From: Phormidium sp.
Lineage (GTDB): Bacteria; Cyanobacteriota; Cyanobacteriia; Cyanobacteriales; Aerosakkonemataceae
Assembly (NCBI GenBank): GCA_051013385.1
Contig: CP143273.1
Location: 1,408,001 to 1,472,000 of the forward strand
DNA: 64,000 bases
Direction: 5' to 3'
The notes under the pieces are model-generated. The model saw only the letters and a list, made by a program, of their open reading frames with translations, searched no databases and was not told where the DNA came from. Below, one piece after another: positions 21,004-32,135 of this stretch; position 1 is the stretch's first letter; the number at the start of each line of letters is the position of its first letter. The translations under genes were made by a program, and so were the position numbers.

Positions 21004-22770
21004 CTAATCTCTAGCGAAGGGATTATACTGAAACGAGAAATAAAAACCTTGTTCTTGCAGAGTTCTTTCTCGCAACCCTGTACTAACTAAAGGTAAACCA
21101 TAGTCAAAACGGAAACGTAATCTTTCGCCCATTTGCCATTGTAAACCCACACCAACGGAAGCTATAGTACTAGGATCAGGGTTTTCTCGATCGCCATTAT
21201 TCCAAACTCTTCCCACATCAACAAAAGGAATAACTTGGAAAACTCCCGGACGATCGCGCAACCGATAAACTGGTATTCTAACTTCCACAGAACCTAAAAT
21301 GCCATTATCCGTAAGGAATAGATCTTGACGATAACCGCGCACACTTTCCGCACCACCTAAAGAAAACTGTTCTAAAGGTACGAGAGGGCGATCGGCTAAC
21401 TGCATATCTGCTCTAATTAATAAAATAGGAGCACCAGAAGTATCAGAAGCATTTCCGCCTAAAATACGTAACCATTGTGCTTGTCCGCGCCAAGAAAAAA
21501 ATCTACCATCAGGAGCACTTTCTCGAATTGAAGCATCAAAAGCCCCAACACCTAAGCTAAACTGTGACCTAGCCGCAAACACCGAACGACTTTCTCGCTG
21601 CGTCCATTCTTGGAAAAACCTAATTACTGCAAGGCGAGTTTGTCCCTGATCATTTGCACCCGGAGAAAGTTGAAAAGGTTCACCCAAAAGAGTAGTATTA
21701 CTTTCGCGACGATTCAAAGTTAAACCAAGGGCTAATTCTTGATTCGGAGTGAGAATTAGCGGTTGACGAAAAGACAATTCATAATCGTAAGATACCGCCC
21801 CAATATCAACTTCATCGAACGGTTCTTCAATAATACTGCTTTTAATCCAATCAAAACCCAAACGAATCGTACCATTGCGAGCGTTCACCGGAAAAATGTA
21901 ATTAGTTTCAAGTTGGTTACTACCATTAGTATTGGCGTAGTTAACCGAAAAAGTATCGCCATTCCCCGTTAAATTAGCTTGATTAATATTGAGTTGGCGG
22001 CGAAAAACACCCACACTGGGAGGACTATTATTATCTAAACTAATTGAAGCGCTAAAAGTTCTTTCCGGTCTAACCGTTACTTCTAAAATACTTGACCCCG
22101 GACTAGTACCCGCCGAAAGTTCCGCCGAGATATTTCTAATTAAAGGATTGAGTTGGAGTAATTGCAAAGATTGCAACAACCGATTAACATTTAAAGGAGT
22201 TTTGGCACCCAAACGGAGACGCGATCGCACATAATTAGGATTTAATCTCCCAGTACCAGTAACCCGAATCTCCTCAACCGAACCCTCAACCACACTAATT
22301 TTCACTACTCCACCCGTGAGAGTTTGCGGGGGAATAAACGCACCAGAAGTAATATAACCTTTACTAACATAAAGTTGAGTTACAGCCGATCGCGCCTGCA
22401 ACAACTGAGCAAAAGAAATCTTCCCCACAAAAAGTTTCAAAACTTCATCAAACTCTTCCTTACTAAAAACCGTACTCCCCTCAACCTCGTACCCCTTCAC
22501 ATCAATTTCCCCAGGAATATCACTAGGTAAAGCTTCAGGCGCACTTGGCGCAGGCGCAGAACCGGGCGGCGTAAGCAACTCCGACGGAGGCGGTAAAGGA
22601 GTAGGAGGCGGTAAAGGAGTCGGCGGCGTAGTTGGCGGTAAAGGAAGAGTGGGAAGAGGTTGGTTAGGGTTAATCTGTTGAGCAAATAATGGACTAGTGT
22701 TGCTGGCAAAACATATCAAATTCAGCAACGCAGCAGAAACCGGAATAGCGACTAACTTAGGCAACGTCAT
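21004..22770 (-). CDS. ShlB/FhaC/HecB two-partner secretion transporter (TpsB)
   Basis: Signal peptide, Pro-rich linker, POTRA YVSKGYITSGA, barrel motif GGAESVRGY, terminal FYFSFQY. Confidence 0.93.
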   Translation of the reverse strand: MTLPKLVAIPVSAALLNLICFASNTSPLFAQQINPNQPLPTLPLPPTTPPTPLPPPTPLPPPSELLTPPGSAPAPSAPEALPSDIPGEIDVKGYEVEGSTVFSKEEFDEVLKLFVGKISFAQLLQARSAVTQLYVSKGYITSGAFIPPQTLTGGVVKISVVEGSVEEIRVTGTGRLNPNYVRSRLRLGAKTPLNVNRLLQSLQLLQLNPLIRNISAELSAGTSPGSSILEVTVRPERTFSASISLDNNSPPSVGVFRRQLNINQANLTGNGDTFSVNYANTNGSNQLETNYIFPVNARNGTIRLGFDWIKSSIIEEPFDEVDIGAVSYDYELSFRQPLILTPNQELALGLTLNRRESNTTLLGEPFQLSPGANDQGQTRLAVIRFFQEWTQRESRSVFAARSQFSLGVGAFDASIRESAPDGRFFSWRGQAQWLRILGGNASDTSGAPILLIRADMQLADRPLVPLEQFSLGGAESVRGYRQDLFLTDNGILGSVEVRIPVYRLRDRPGVFQVIPFVDVGRVWNNGDRENPDPSTIASVGVGLQWQMGERLRFRFDYGLPLVSTGLRERTLQEQGFYFSFQYNPFARD

Positions 22771-22907
22771 AAAATTTAGAGATAAGTAACGGACAACACA
22801 ACTATCCATTGCAAAAGTAATTCCGTCCATAAAGTTTATCATCCACTACGAAATTTCCTGTATTTCGTCATAAATCTTACCCTTGTTATTCCCGAAAATC
22901 ACTGAGT

Positions 22908-23054
22908 TAAGTAGGTAGATATAAATAAAGTGAAAACTATGGCGGGCTCTCCTGCCCACCCCACAAGAAAGCTGTAACTCTTGTGGGGTGGGCAGGAGAG
23001 CCCGCGCCCCATCCAAAGATAACTATTATCACTTTATTTATTTACACTGAGTTA
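22908..23054. mobile_element. MITE-like element with 27-bp internal inverted repeat
   Basis: GCGGGCTCTCCTGCCCACCCCACAAGA / TCTTGTGGGGTGGGCAGGAGAGCCCGC inside outer arms TAAATAAAGTGA / TCACTTTATTTA. Confidence 0.6.
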
Positions 23055-23094
23055 GCGACAAGGGAAAAATACTATGCTAGAAAGTTCTAGGTAA

Positions 23095-24381
<1,287 letters not shown>

Positions 24382-24384
24382 TAA

Positions 24385-24500
24385 GTACGTAGTTGCGCTT
24401 TAGCGCCAAAGCGCTGAAGCGCAACTACATACCAACTACCCAATGTACGTAGTTGCGCTTTAGCGCCAAAGCGCTGAAGCGCAACAACATACCAACTACC
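24385..24500. repeat. 2 copies (60-bp period) of a REP-like hairpin, possible terminator
   Basis: GTAGTTGCGCTT...AAGCGCAACTAC duplicated right after the ahcY stop. Confidence 0.85.
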
Positions 24501-24520
24501 AACTACCGAACACCAAAAAT

Positions 24521-25126
24521 ATGAAAGAGTGGATACTGCAAATCATGACTTCCCTCAATTATGTGGGAATTGGTTTATTGATGTTTTTAGAAAATTTATT
24601 TCCGCCCATACCTTCGGAATTAATTATGCCTTTGGCAGGGTTTACAATTTCCCAAGAAAAGATGGAATTTTTTCCCGCTATTTTCGCCGGAGTCTTGGGA
24701 ACAATGTTGGGTGCTTTGCCTTGGTATTATGTAGGTAAACTCGTCGGTGAAGAGAATATCAAACGGTTAGCTGATAAATATGGTAAGTGGATTTCAATTA
24801 GTAGAAAAGATATCGAAAAAGCAGACCAATGGTTTCACAGACACGGCGAAAAAGCCGTGTTTTTTGGTCGCTTAGTACCGGGAGTTCGCACTCTGATATC
24901 TTTGCCAGCAGGTATCAGCAATATGAACTTGATACCATTTTTAATTTATTCTACGATCGGCACGACAATTTGGGTAGGTTTTCTCACCTTCGCTGGCTAT
25001 AAATTAGGACAAAACTACGAATTAGTTGATGAGTATTTGGCACCTGTTTCTAAAATTGTCGCGGCGATTTTGGTAGTTGCTTTGATTATTTGGATTGTCA
25101 GAAAAAGAACGAGAAATCAAATGTAG
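24521..25126 (+). CDS. DedA family membrane protein
   Basis: FLENLFPPIPSELIMPLAG, GRLVPGVRTLISLPAG. Confidence 0.95.
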   Translation: MKEWILQIMTSLNYVGIGLLMFLENLFPPIPSELIMPLAGFTISQEKMEFFPAIFAGVLGTMLGALPWYYVGKLVGEENIKRLADKYGKWISISRKDIEKADQWFHRHGEKAVFFGRLVPGVRTLISLPAGISNMNLIPFLIYSTIGTTIWVGFLTFAGYKLGQNYELVDEYLAPVSKIVAAILVVALIIWIVRKRTRNQM

Positions 25127-25150
25127 CCAAGAAATAAATAAAAGGGTAAA

Positions 25151-27898
25151 ATGGGAGGTTATCTCCTAGATAAAGATTACAAATTCATTGCCACAGAACC
25201 ATTAGGAAAAAGTGGTCAAAAGGGCGAACGCAAGGTTTGGGAAGCTGTCAAAAGCGTATTTTCTCAAAGGGAATGTATTGCTTATTGGCGCTATCCCATT
25301 TTTTGTGCGGTGAGGAAAGTTCGCAAAGAACCAGATATTTTAATTGCTGATATGGAACTTGGTCTAGTTGTAATTGAGGTAAAATCAATAACAATTGACC
25401 AAATTCTCGCTATTAATGGTCATCGGTGGGAGTTACGCAACTTTTATACTAATAACAGCAACCCTTACGAACAAGCGGAAAATCAATTGTTTGGGTTGTT
25501 GGGGTATTGCGATCGCGAACCCAACCTCCGCAGCCAAGTCAGTGGTAGAGTTATAGTAGCCTTACCCTTCATTTCCCAACAACAATGGCAAAACAAAGGT
25601 TTCGCTAAACTCCCCAGTTGTCCGCCTATCCTTTTCCAAGAAAATCTGTTTTTAGAAACCAAAAACTCCACATTTTTAGCTCAAATTTGCCAAACTTCCC
25701 CCATAATTAAAGGCAGAAAACTAAACCTAGAACAATGGAAACTACTCTTATCAGTATTAGGAGGAAACCCAGTTTTTCGCCGGAATAACCTCACCCCCTC
25801 AGTCCCCCTCTCCGTGAACGGAGAGGGGGAAGATAGAGGAGTATTTCCTCGCCTTTCTCTGCACAAACGAAGGGAAGTTATGGATGTATTTCCCCCCCTC
25901 TCCGTAGACGGAGAGGGGGAAGGGGGGAGAGGTTTTCGCGCCAGTATTTTAGAAAAAGTCAGACAAAACTTATCAGAATTCGACTTGCAACAAGAAAATA
26001 TTGGTAAACAAATTCCCCCCGGAATGCAAAGAATACGGGGAATAGCAGGTTCAGGAAAAACCGTTTTATTATGTCAAAAAGCAGCAAATATGCACTTAAA
26101 ATATCCCGAATGGGATATTGCTTTAGTGTTTTTTAGTCGCAGTTTATACGAACAAATAATTAACCAAATAGATAAATGGATACGCCGCTTTAGTCATAAC
26201 GAAGTTCAGTATAATCCCAACAATGAAAAGTTGCGCGTCCTTCATGCTTGGGGTGCAAAAAATCAACCCGGACTTTACAGCATCATTTGTGAAGCAGCAA
26301 ACGCCCCGAAATTAACTGTTTTTGATACCGAAAATAAACAACCAAATGAATCTTTAGCAGAAGTTTGTAGTTTTCTTTTGGAAAAAACCCAAATTCCCCA
26401 AATCTTTGATGCTATTTTAATTGATGAAGGTCAAGATTTGATGGTTGATGATGAGTTTAAATATCAAGATAAACAACCTTTTTATTGGATGGCGTATCAA
26501 GCATTACGACCTTTTGATGAACACCATCCCGAACAACGCCGCTTAATTTGGGCGTATGACGAAGCGCAAAGTTTAGACAGTTTAAATATTCCCACCGCAG
26601 GCGAGTTGTTTGGCGATGAATTGGCGCATTTAGTAACAGGTCAATATCCTGATGGTATCAAAAAAACGGAGATTATTCACCGCTGTTATCGTACTCCTGA
26701 CCCTATTGTAACTGCTGCTCATGCGATGAGTATGGGTTTGCTACGTCGCGGGGGAATGGTATCAGGCATTACCCGAACGGAAGATTGGAAAGCGTTAGGT
26801 TATGAAGTGCAAGGTCGGTTTACTCGCGGTCAACAAGTTACTCTCAAAAGATTGACCCAAGACTCTCCTAATATTATCACAAAACTTTGGAAAAAGCCAG
26901 TTTTAGAGTTTGAAACTTATGCTTCTCGACAGGCAGAGTTAAGGGCTTTAGCTGATAGTATTGTAAGGGATGTGTTGTGCGATCGCCTCCAACCCAGCAA
27001 AGAAATTTTGGTCATAGTTTTAGGTTCATTTTTCGAGGCGATGCGATTAGAAAATCATGTTGCTGAATTCTTAATGTCGGAAGGTATCGATATATTTATT
27101 CCGGGGACAAGTGATTGTAACATTTTAAAACCTGATTCAGAAAATAGCAACCGAAACAAATTCTGGTGTGAAGGCGGCGTTACCGTCTCCCGAATTCATC
27201 GCGCCAAAGGTAACGAAGCAGACATGGTTTATGTAATTGGTTTAGATAATATAGCCAAAGACGAAAGTAATATTAGATTAAGAAATCAACTTTTTATTGC
27301 TTTAACCAGAACTCGCGCTTGGGTGAAATTAAGCGGTGTTGGTAACTATCAAATGTATGAAGAAATGCACCGAGTAATTACCAGTAGCGACACTTTCACC
27401 TTTACCTTCAATCATCGCCCAAAACGCGAAATTAGCGTCACCGATGCCGGGGAATTGTTGAAAAGATACGCAGCAGGAGGGAGAAACTTTCAAAGTGCAG
27501 ATTTGCGAGGAATTCAGTTAGCTGGTGCTAATTTACGCAGTGCTAATTTAATTAGTGCTAAGTTGAACAACGCTAATTTAAGTAATGCCAAATTGGATAG
27601 CGCAAAATTGGTAATTGCCGATTTGAGTAACGCCAATTTAAGTAACGCCAGTTTGCGAAAAGCTAAATTAATGGGCGCAATTTTAAGAGATGCAAATTTA
27701 AGCGGCGCAGATTTAAGTCGGGCAGATTTAAGCGATGCAGATTTGCGAAATGCAAAGTTAGTTGGCGCGAATTTGTTGGGCGCAAATTTGAATGCTGCTG
27801 ATTTGAATAACGCGGATTTAACGGGTGCGAATATTGCGGGAGTTGAGTTGGGGGATGTGAGTTTGCTGGGGGTGAAAATGGGAGATGATAGGAATTAG
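25151..27898 (+). CDS. NERD-like nuclease + SF1 (UvrD-like) helicase + pentapeptide repeats
   Basis: EPDIL...VIEVKS; GIAGSGKT; IDEGQD; RCYRT; IHRAKGNE; FIALTR; A(D/N)Lxx repeats. Confidence 0.85.
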   Translation: MGGYLLDKDYKFIATEPLGKSGQKGERKVWEAVKSVFSQRECIAYWRYPIFCAVRKVRKEPDILIADMELGLVVIEVKSITIDQILAINGHRWELRNFYTNNSNPYEQAENQLFGLLGYCDREPNLRSQVSGRVIVALPFISQQQWQNKGFAKLPSCPPILFQENLFLETKNSTFLAQICQTSPIIKGRKLNLEQWKLLLSVLGGNPVFRRNNLTPSVPLSVNGEGEDRGVFPRLSLHKRREVMDVFPPLSVDGEGEGGRGFRASILEKVRQNLSEFDLQQENIGKQIPPGMQRIRGIAGSGKTVLLCQKAANMHLKYPEWDIALVFFSRSLYEQIINQIDKWIRRFSHNEVQYNPNNEKLRVLHAWGAKNQPGLYSIICEAANAPKLTVFDTENKQPNESLAEVCSFLLEKTQIPQIFDAILIDEGQDLMVDDEFKYQDKQPFYWMAYQALRPFDEHHPEQRRLIWAYDEAQSLDSLNIPTAGELFGDELAHLVTGQYPDGIKKTEIIHRCYRTPDPIVTAAHAMSMGLLRRGGMVSGITRTEDWKALGYEVQGRFTRGQQVTLKRLTQDSPNIITKLWKKPVLEFETYASRQAELRALADSIVRDVLCDRLQPSKEILVIVLGSFFEAMRLENHVAEFLMSEGIDIFIPGTSDCNILKPDSENSNRNKFWCEGGVTVSRIHRAKGNEADMVYVIGLDNIAKDESNIRLRNQLFIALTRTRAWVKLSGVGNYQMYEEMHRVITSSDTFTFTFNHRPKREISVTDAGELLKRYAAGGRNFQSADLRGIQLAGANLRSANLISAKLNNANLSNAKLDSAKLVIADLSNANLSNASLRKAKLMGAILRDANLSGADLSRADLSDADLRNAKLVGANLLGANLNAADLNNADLTGANIAGVELGDVSLLGVKMGDDRN
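25787..25934. mobile_element. Palindromic MITE/REP-like element inserted in frame in the helicase gene
   Basis: Two TCCCCCTCTCCGT-nnn-ACGGAGAGGGGGA hairpins with outer AACCTC / GAGGTT ends. Confidence 0.75.
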
Positions 27899-27922
27899 TA
27901 ATAAGAGCATTTTATTGGTTTC

Positions 27923-29632
27923 TTAAAGTAAACCAATAGCTCGACCATAGTTTTGAAACTTTTGGAGTACATAATTTGCTATATCAGCAGGGTTAACCCA
28001 TTTATTCCACATCAGTTCTAATCGAACTAATCCACTATCAGTTGTGCATAGTAAATCACTTCTAACAATTATATTTCCGCGAAGTAAAACCTCAGTTTTA
28101 AAAGAAGATATTAAATCGCAAGCTTTCAATCCTTCTCCAATAGCTTTATTCAGCAATTCGTCATTTTTCTGAGCAATTTCTGAAAGCTTTTCAAAACTTT
28201 GTCTACTTTCAGGGCTGGGGCGGCTGTGGGTACGGCTGAAAACTCTAGTAGTCTCTCCTTTAAAAGCCTTAGCTAACTCGCTCTCGTTTAAACGTTCACG
28301 TACTTTGCCATCCCTTCTGATCTTGATCTTGGCTTGCCTTATCTTTTCCCGTAATTTTTCATCAGCATACTCCATAATTAGCGCTCGTGCTGTAGCTATA
28401 GGTAGATAAATTATTCGGGCATCTAGCACTGTTCCAAGAATACCAACTTTATCAGAATCTTTTTTAAGATCTTCAATGACATTAGCTGCTGTAGAATTCA
28501 ACAAACAGGAGATATCTGCCTTTGAGTAACTTCCACGAGTCAGACTTTGTACATCTGGCTTTGGATCATTTCCTGCAATTACCACAATCCACATTCGGAA
28601 ATTCTCTTTAGGTAATAGCTTCTCTACATTTTTCTCATTTTTACGAAGCTCTTGACGAAGAAGACTCAAGTAAGCACCTATAGTATTGGCCTGTTGAATT
28701 AAGTCTACGGCGCGACTTTCTAAAACGCCTAAATCCACCAGAGAAGCACCTTCATTTAATGTCTCAATAGTACGAGTTGCAATCTCTATATACTGACTTT
28801 TGGGTGGCCCATTAAACCGATAGCTTGGCTCTCCTACTCCTAGAAGGGAGTCTGCACCAATACGCAGAGCTAAGTTAACAAGTATCTCTTGTAAATCATC
28901 AGCATTGCATGGCCAAACAATTAAACTTTTTTCCCCAGCACTTGAACGAATAAAGCTGTTAATTGAATGCAGGTCTTTCTCCAACTGATCTTCGGAAAAA
29001 TCCGTAAGAGCCTCCCGACCTTCGATAACAATTATTCGTAATTTTGCCCGTAGCACAGAATTCCGCAAAGCTGTCAAGGTTTGAGGTACTGGTTGATCAG
29101 ATTGAATTGAGATAGTTTCCACATCCTGTCTAAACAGATGAACTGTATGTAGAAAAGTCGATTTTCCAGATCCAGATGACCCTCTAAGTACCCAAAAAGC
29201 CCCTCGACCAGCAGCTATCATGTCACTGTAGGTGTCATCAAGGTGAGCTAAGGCATCTTCGACTGCCACAATAATGGTCTTTAATTCGTTTTTGTCCTTA
29301 GCACGTCTTTCCAGAACATCGAAGCGGTCGGGAACAAAAAGAACTAATCCTTCCTTGGAAGAAGAACCAGTATTACCTGGCTTATCTGATGTTACTAAAG
29401 TTGAATTTAATTGCTGAACTTTAGAATCATCAAAAGTCTTCAGTGAGATTGAAGCGGGATCTGACACTAGAGACTTTATTTCTTCCAATTCCTCTGATGA
29501 ATCAGAACAGGAGTTTTTCTGAGAGTACTCTGCTGTACGTCCAACATCTTGCTCTGATGTATCAAACAAGGATAGTTGAATGTACTCTGAGGAACCGTCA
29601 TCTGAGGAAGAATACTTGCGACGCTTTGGCAT
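27923..29632 (-). CDS. P-loop NTPase with putative C-terminal PD-(D/E)XK-like domain
   Basis: GSSGSGKST, IIVIEGRE; C-terminal RSDLLC...VRLELMW. Confidence 0.6.
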   Translation of the reverse strand: MPKRRKYSSSDDGSSEYIQLSLFDTSEQDVGRTAEYSQKNSCSDSSEELEEIKSLVSDPASISLKTFDDSKVQQLNSTLVTSDKPGNTGSSSKEGLVLFVPDRFDVLERRAKDKNELKTIIVAVEDALAHLDDTYSDMIAAGRGAFWVLRGSSGSGKSTFLHTVHLFRQDVETISIQSDQPVPQTLTALRNSVLRAKLRIIVIEGREALTDFSEDQLEKDLHSINSFIRSSAGEKSLIVWPCNADDLQEILVNLALRIGADSLLGVGEPSYRFNGPPKSQYIEIATRTIETLNEGASLVDLGVLESRAVDLIQQANTIGAYLSLLRQELRKNEKNVEKLLPKENFRMWIVVIAGNDPKPDVQSLTRGSYSKADISCLLNSTAANVIEDLKKDSDKVGILGTVLDARIIYLPIATARALIMEYADEKLREKIRQAKIKIRRDGKVRERLNESELAKAFKGETTRVFSRTHSRPSPESRQSFEKLSEIAQKNDELLNKAIGEGLKACDLISSFKTEVLLRGNIIVRSDLLCTTDSGLVRLELMWNKWVNPADIANYVLQKFQNYGRAIGLL

Positions 29633-29760
29633 CGTGTTTCAATAGATCTTTGATTTTCAACCTATTTTAGTTGAGAGTATGAACAAGAAGCAACAGCGAC
29701 AAAAAAAGCTAATTGATATACTCAAGCAAGTTTGGTGTTTAGAAGGTTAAGCTATTTTAG

Positions 29761-29848
29761 GCGATCGCACGTCCAACCCCCCCACCCCACCCCAAAAAAG
29801 AAAATGCGATCGCCCTCTCTCCCTGCGAAAAACAGAGTGCGATCGCAC
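29761..29848. repeat. HIP1-rich direct repeat, left of the DUF433 cassette
   Basis: Three GCGATCGC sites around CCCCAAAAAAGAAAAT and AAAAACAGAGT; similar copy at 30651-30730. Confidence 0.85.
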
Positions 29849-29897
29849 CCACCAATTTAGTACACTTGTCACAAATCTTAAATCAGAGGACTATTTT

Positions 29898-30236
29898 ATG
29901 CAGATTGAAGATTACTTCAATTTTCTTGCTCCTGATGATATCCGACTTCAAGGAACTCGGATTGGTATTGAAAGTATTCTCTACGAGTACATATATCACT
30001 GTAAGACTCCTGAAGAAATTGCCACACAATTTCACACTGTTACCTTAGAGCAAGTTTATGCGACTATTTTGTACTATTTACACAACAAATCTGAGGTGAA
30101 CGCTTACCTTGCTAATTGGTTAGAATTTTCTCGCAAAATGCGTGCAGAACAACAGGAAAATCCCTCACCAGCTAGGCGGAGATTCCGTCAACTCAAAGCA
30201 GAAACGGCAAACTTGCAATCTGAAGAAAGAGTATGA
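29898..30236 (+). CDS. DUF433 family putative antitoxin
   Basis: IRLQGTRIGIESIL, TPEEIA, LEQVYATILYY. Confidence 0.9.
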   Translation: MQIEDYFNFLAPDDIRLQGTRIGIESILYEYIYHCKTPEEIATQFHTVTLEQVYATILYYLHNKSEVNAYLANWLEFSRKMRAEQQENPSPARRRFRQLKAETANLQSEERV

Positions 30237-30598
30237 GCATTAAGTATTTACTAGATGAACATATCTCTCCTATTTATCGTACTCAATTGGTGCGGAGGAA
30301 CCCAGAATTAATAGTTAGAATTATTGGCGATCCAGACGTTCCTGGTAAAGGGACATTAGACCCAGAAATTCTGATTTGGTGTGAAGCCAATCAATTTATT
30401 TTAGTGACTAACAATCGTAAATCAATGCCAAAACATCTCGCCGCTCATTTATCGCAAGGCAATCATGTTCCAGGTATTTTAGTTATTGATTTTGAACAAA
30501 GTATGGGTCAGATTCTTGAGGAATTAATCACGATCGCTGGCGCATCTTTTGATGATGAATATCAAGATCGCATTGAATATTTACCTTTAACTAGCTAA
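30233..30598 (+). CDS. DUF5615 PIN-like putative toxin
   Basis: YLLDEHI, GTLDPEILIW, ILVTNN, PGIL; ATGA overlap with DUF433. Confidence 0.9.
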   Translation: MSIKYLLDEHISPIYRTQLVRRNPELIVRIIGDPDVPGKGTLDPEILIWCEANQFILVTNNRKSMPKHLAAHLSQGNHVPGILVIDFEQSMGQILEELITIAGASFDDEYQDRIEYLPLTS

Positions 30599-30650
30599 TT
30601 ACAACATCTCTTGATGCGAAAGACAAAATCAGTAGCCCGAAAAGTGAGAT

Positions 30651-30730
30651 CGATCGCACTCCCCCCACCTCACCCCAAAAAAGAAAATGCGATCGCTCCC
30701 TCTCCCTGCTAAAAACAGAGTACGATCGCA
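30651..30730. repeat. HIP1-rich direct repeat, right of the DUF5615 gene
   Basis: Near copy of 29761-29848. Confidence 0.85.
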
Positions 30731-30790
30731 TTAGATACAGATATTTTAATTTGGTGTGAAAAAAATCAGTTTATAGTAATAATGAACCCA
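30731..30790 (+). pseudogene. Fragment of a second DUF5615 gene
   Basis: LDTDILIWCEKNQFIVIMNP versus LDPEILIWCEANQFILVTNN in the intact upstream gene. Confidence 0.7.
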
Positions 30791-30806
30791 TATTATCGTA
30801 GCTTAC

Positions 30807-31469
30807 TTAATAAGCACCTGTTTGTCTCAGCATCAGAAAAAGTGTTTGAAAAATAATTACTAAGTCATACCAGGGGTTCCATAATTTTTGGTAACGCAAA
30901 TCGAGAGCAACAATAGCTTCAAAATCTTTGATGTTCGATCGACCATTTACTTGCCATTCACCTGTTATACCTGGTTTTACATTCAATCTTTGCCAGTGAT
31001 GTGCAGTGTAATGAACAACTTCATCTCTTGTGGGAGGACGAGTTCCAACTAAACTCATTTCCCCTGTGAAAACATTCCAAAATTGCGGAAATTCATCTAA
31101 ACTTGTGCGGCGTAAAAAGCGTCCAACTCTGGTAATACGGGGATCATTTTCGTTTTTGAATATTAATCCTTTGGCTTCGTTTTTAATTGAGGCTTTTAGT
31201 GCATCAGCGTTTTGCACCATCGTCCGAAATTTGTAAATTCGGAAAGTTTTACCATAAAGACCATAGCGTTTTTGAGAGTAGAAAATTGGGCCATGACTAT
31301 CTAATTTGATGGCAATGGCGATCGGGAAAAAAATTAAAGCTAAAATTAATAATCCGATTAAACTACCGATAATATCTATCAACCGTTTAGAGAGAGAGCT
31401 AGTGGAAGGGTGAGAAGTTCTGAGTGATAATGATAATGTACTCATTGAATTATTGACCTCAGATTGCAT
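30807..31469 (-). CDS. Sugar transferase (priming polyprenyl-phosphate glycosylphosphotransferase domain)
   Basis: KRLIDI, FRIYKFRTM, DPRITRVGRFLRRTSLDEFPQ, MSLVGTRP, KPGITGEWQVNGR. Confidence 0.93.
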   Translation of the reverse strand: MQSEVNNSMSTLSLSLRTSHPSTSSLSKRLIDIIGSLIGLLILALIFFPIAIAIKLDSHGPIFYSQKRYGLYGKTFRIYKFRTMVQNADALKASIKNEAKGLIFKNENDPRITRVGRFLRRTSLDEFPQFWNVFTGEMSLVGTRPPTRDEVVHYTAHHWQRLNVKPGITGEWQVNGRSNIKDFEAIVALDLRYQKLWNPWYDLVIIFQTLFLMLRQTGAY

Positions 31470-31526
31470 GGGTTTAGTTGAAGAGTAAATCAGATTTTAA
31501 TTAGCTTCTCAATGGAGTTACGCTTA

Positions 31527-31862
31527 TTAACTAGCGTTTGCGTAGCGTGCTGTGAAGCTTATTTCATCTCCATAAGGGCGCGATTCCTTTTTCCTTTGAG
31601 CCGCCTTTATTCCCCAGGTTGTAGCTTTAGAAATTAAATCTTTTAAAGTCTTTCTGGCTTGTTTTTGTTGCCAAAAGTAGCCATCTAAAGAAGTAGCGTA
31701 TAAAGGAGGTAGACGATTGAGAGCGTAAGCTATAGCATCATTTATATTGATAGATTTAGCGACATTTTCAGGTAGGTTTTGGAGTTGCTGCTCTACTTCT
31801 TCAATTACCAAGAGTTCCATTGCGTTACGATAATTTGAGAGTGATTTAGGTAGGGAATTCAT
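31527..31862 (-). CDS. ComFB-family protein
   Basis: YRNAMELLVIEEV...DAIAYALNRLPPLYATS. Confidence 0.85.
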   Translation of the reverse strand: MNSLPKSLSNYRNAMELLVIEEVEQQLQNLPENVAKSININDAIAYALNRLPPLYATSLDGYFWQQKQARKTLKDLISKATTWGIKAAQRKKESRPYGDEISFTARYANAS

Positions 31863-31933
31863 AGCTTAAAAACCTGAATGATGATAGTTGAATGGCGATC
31901 GGTTTAGAATTAGTTAGGTTTGTTTGTTTGTTT

Positions 31934-32045
31934 AACCTATCTTTAGTTTGCCCGATCGCACTTACTCCCGTCGATAGCTAAAGTTACAGCAGAATAGTAA
32001 CTCCGAGTCAGGTAGGTAGAGCAAAAGTTACAGGAAGTTACAGCT
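31934..32045 (-). promoter_or_regulatory. Conserved promoter/operator copy 1 (faces comFB and the sugar transferase)
   Basis: AAGTTACAG boxes at 31981, 32025, 32035; TCGACG-N18-CAAACT on the minus strand. Confidence 0.7.
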
Positions 32046-32135
32046 GATGAGGCTAGAAGCTAACAGCTATAAAGAAAAAGCCCACCAACGTGAGCTTTGA
32101 AGTTGTTAGCTATGAAGTAAGGGAGAAATGGAAGA

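Noticed and set aside
24385..24500. 60-bp duplicated hairpin as tRNA or ncRNA
   Set aside because: No cloverleaf or T-loop; looks like a REP-type palindrome.
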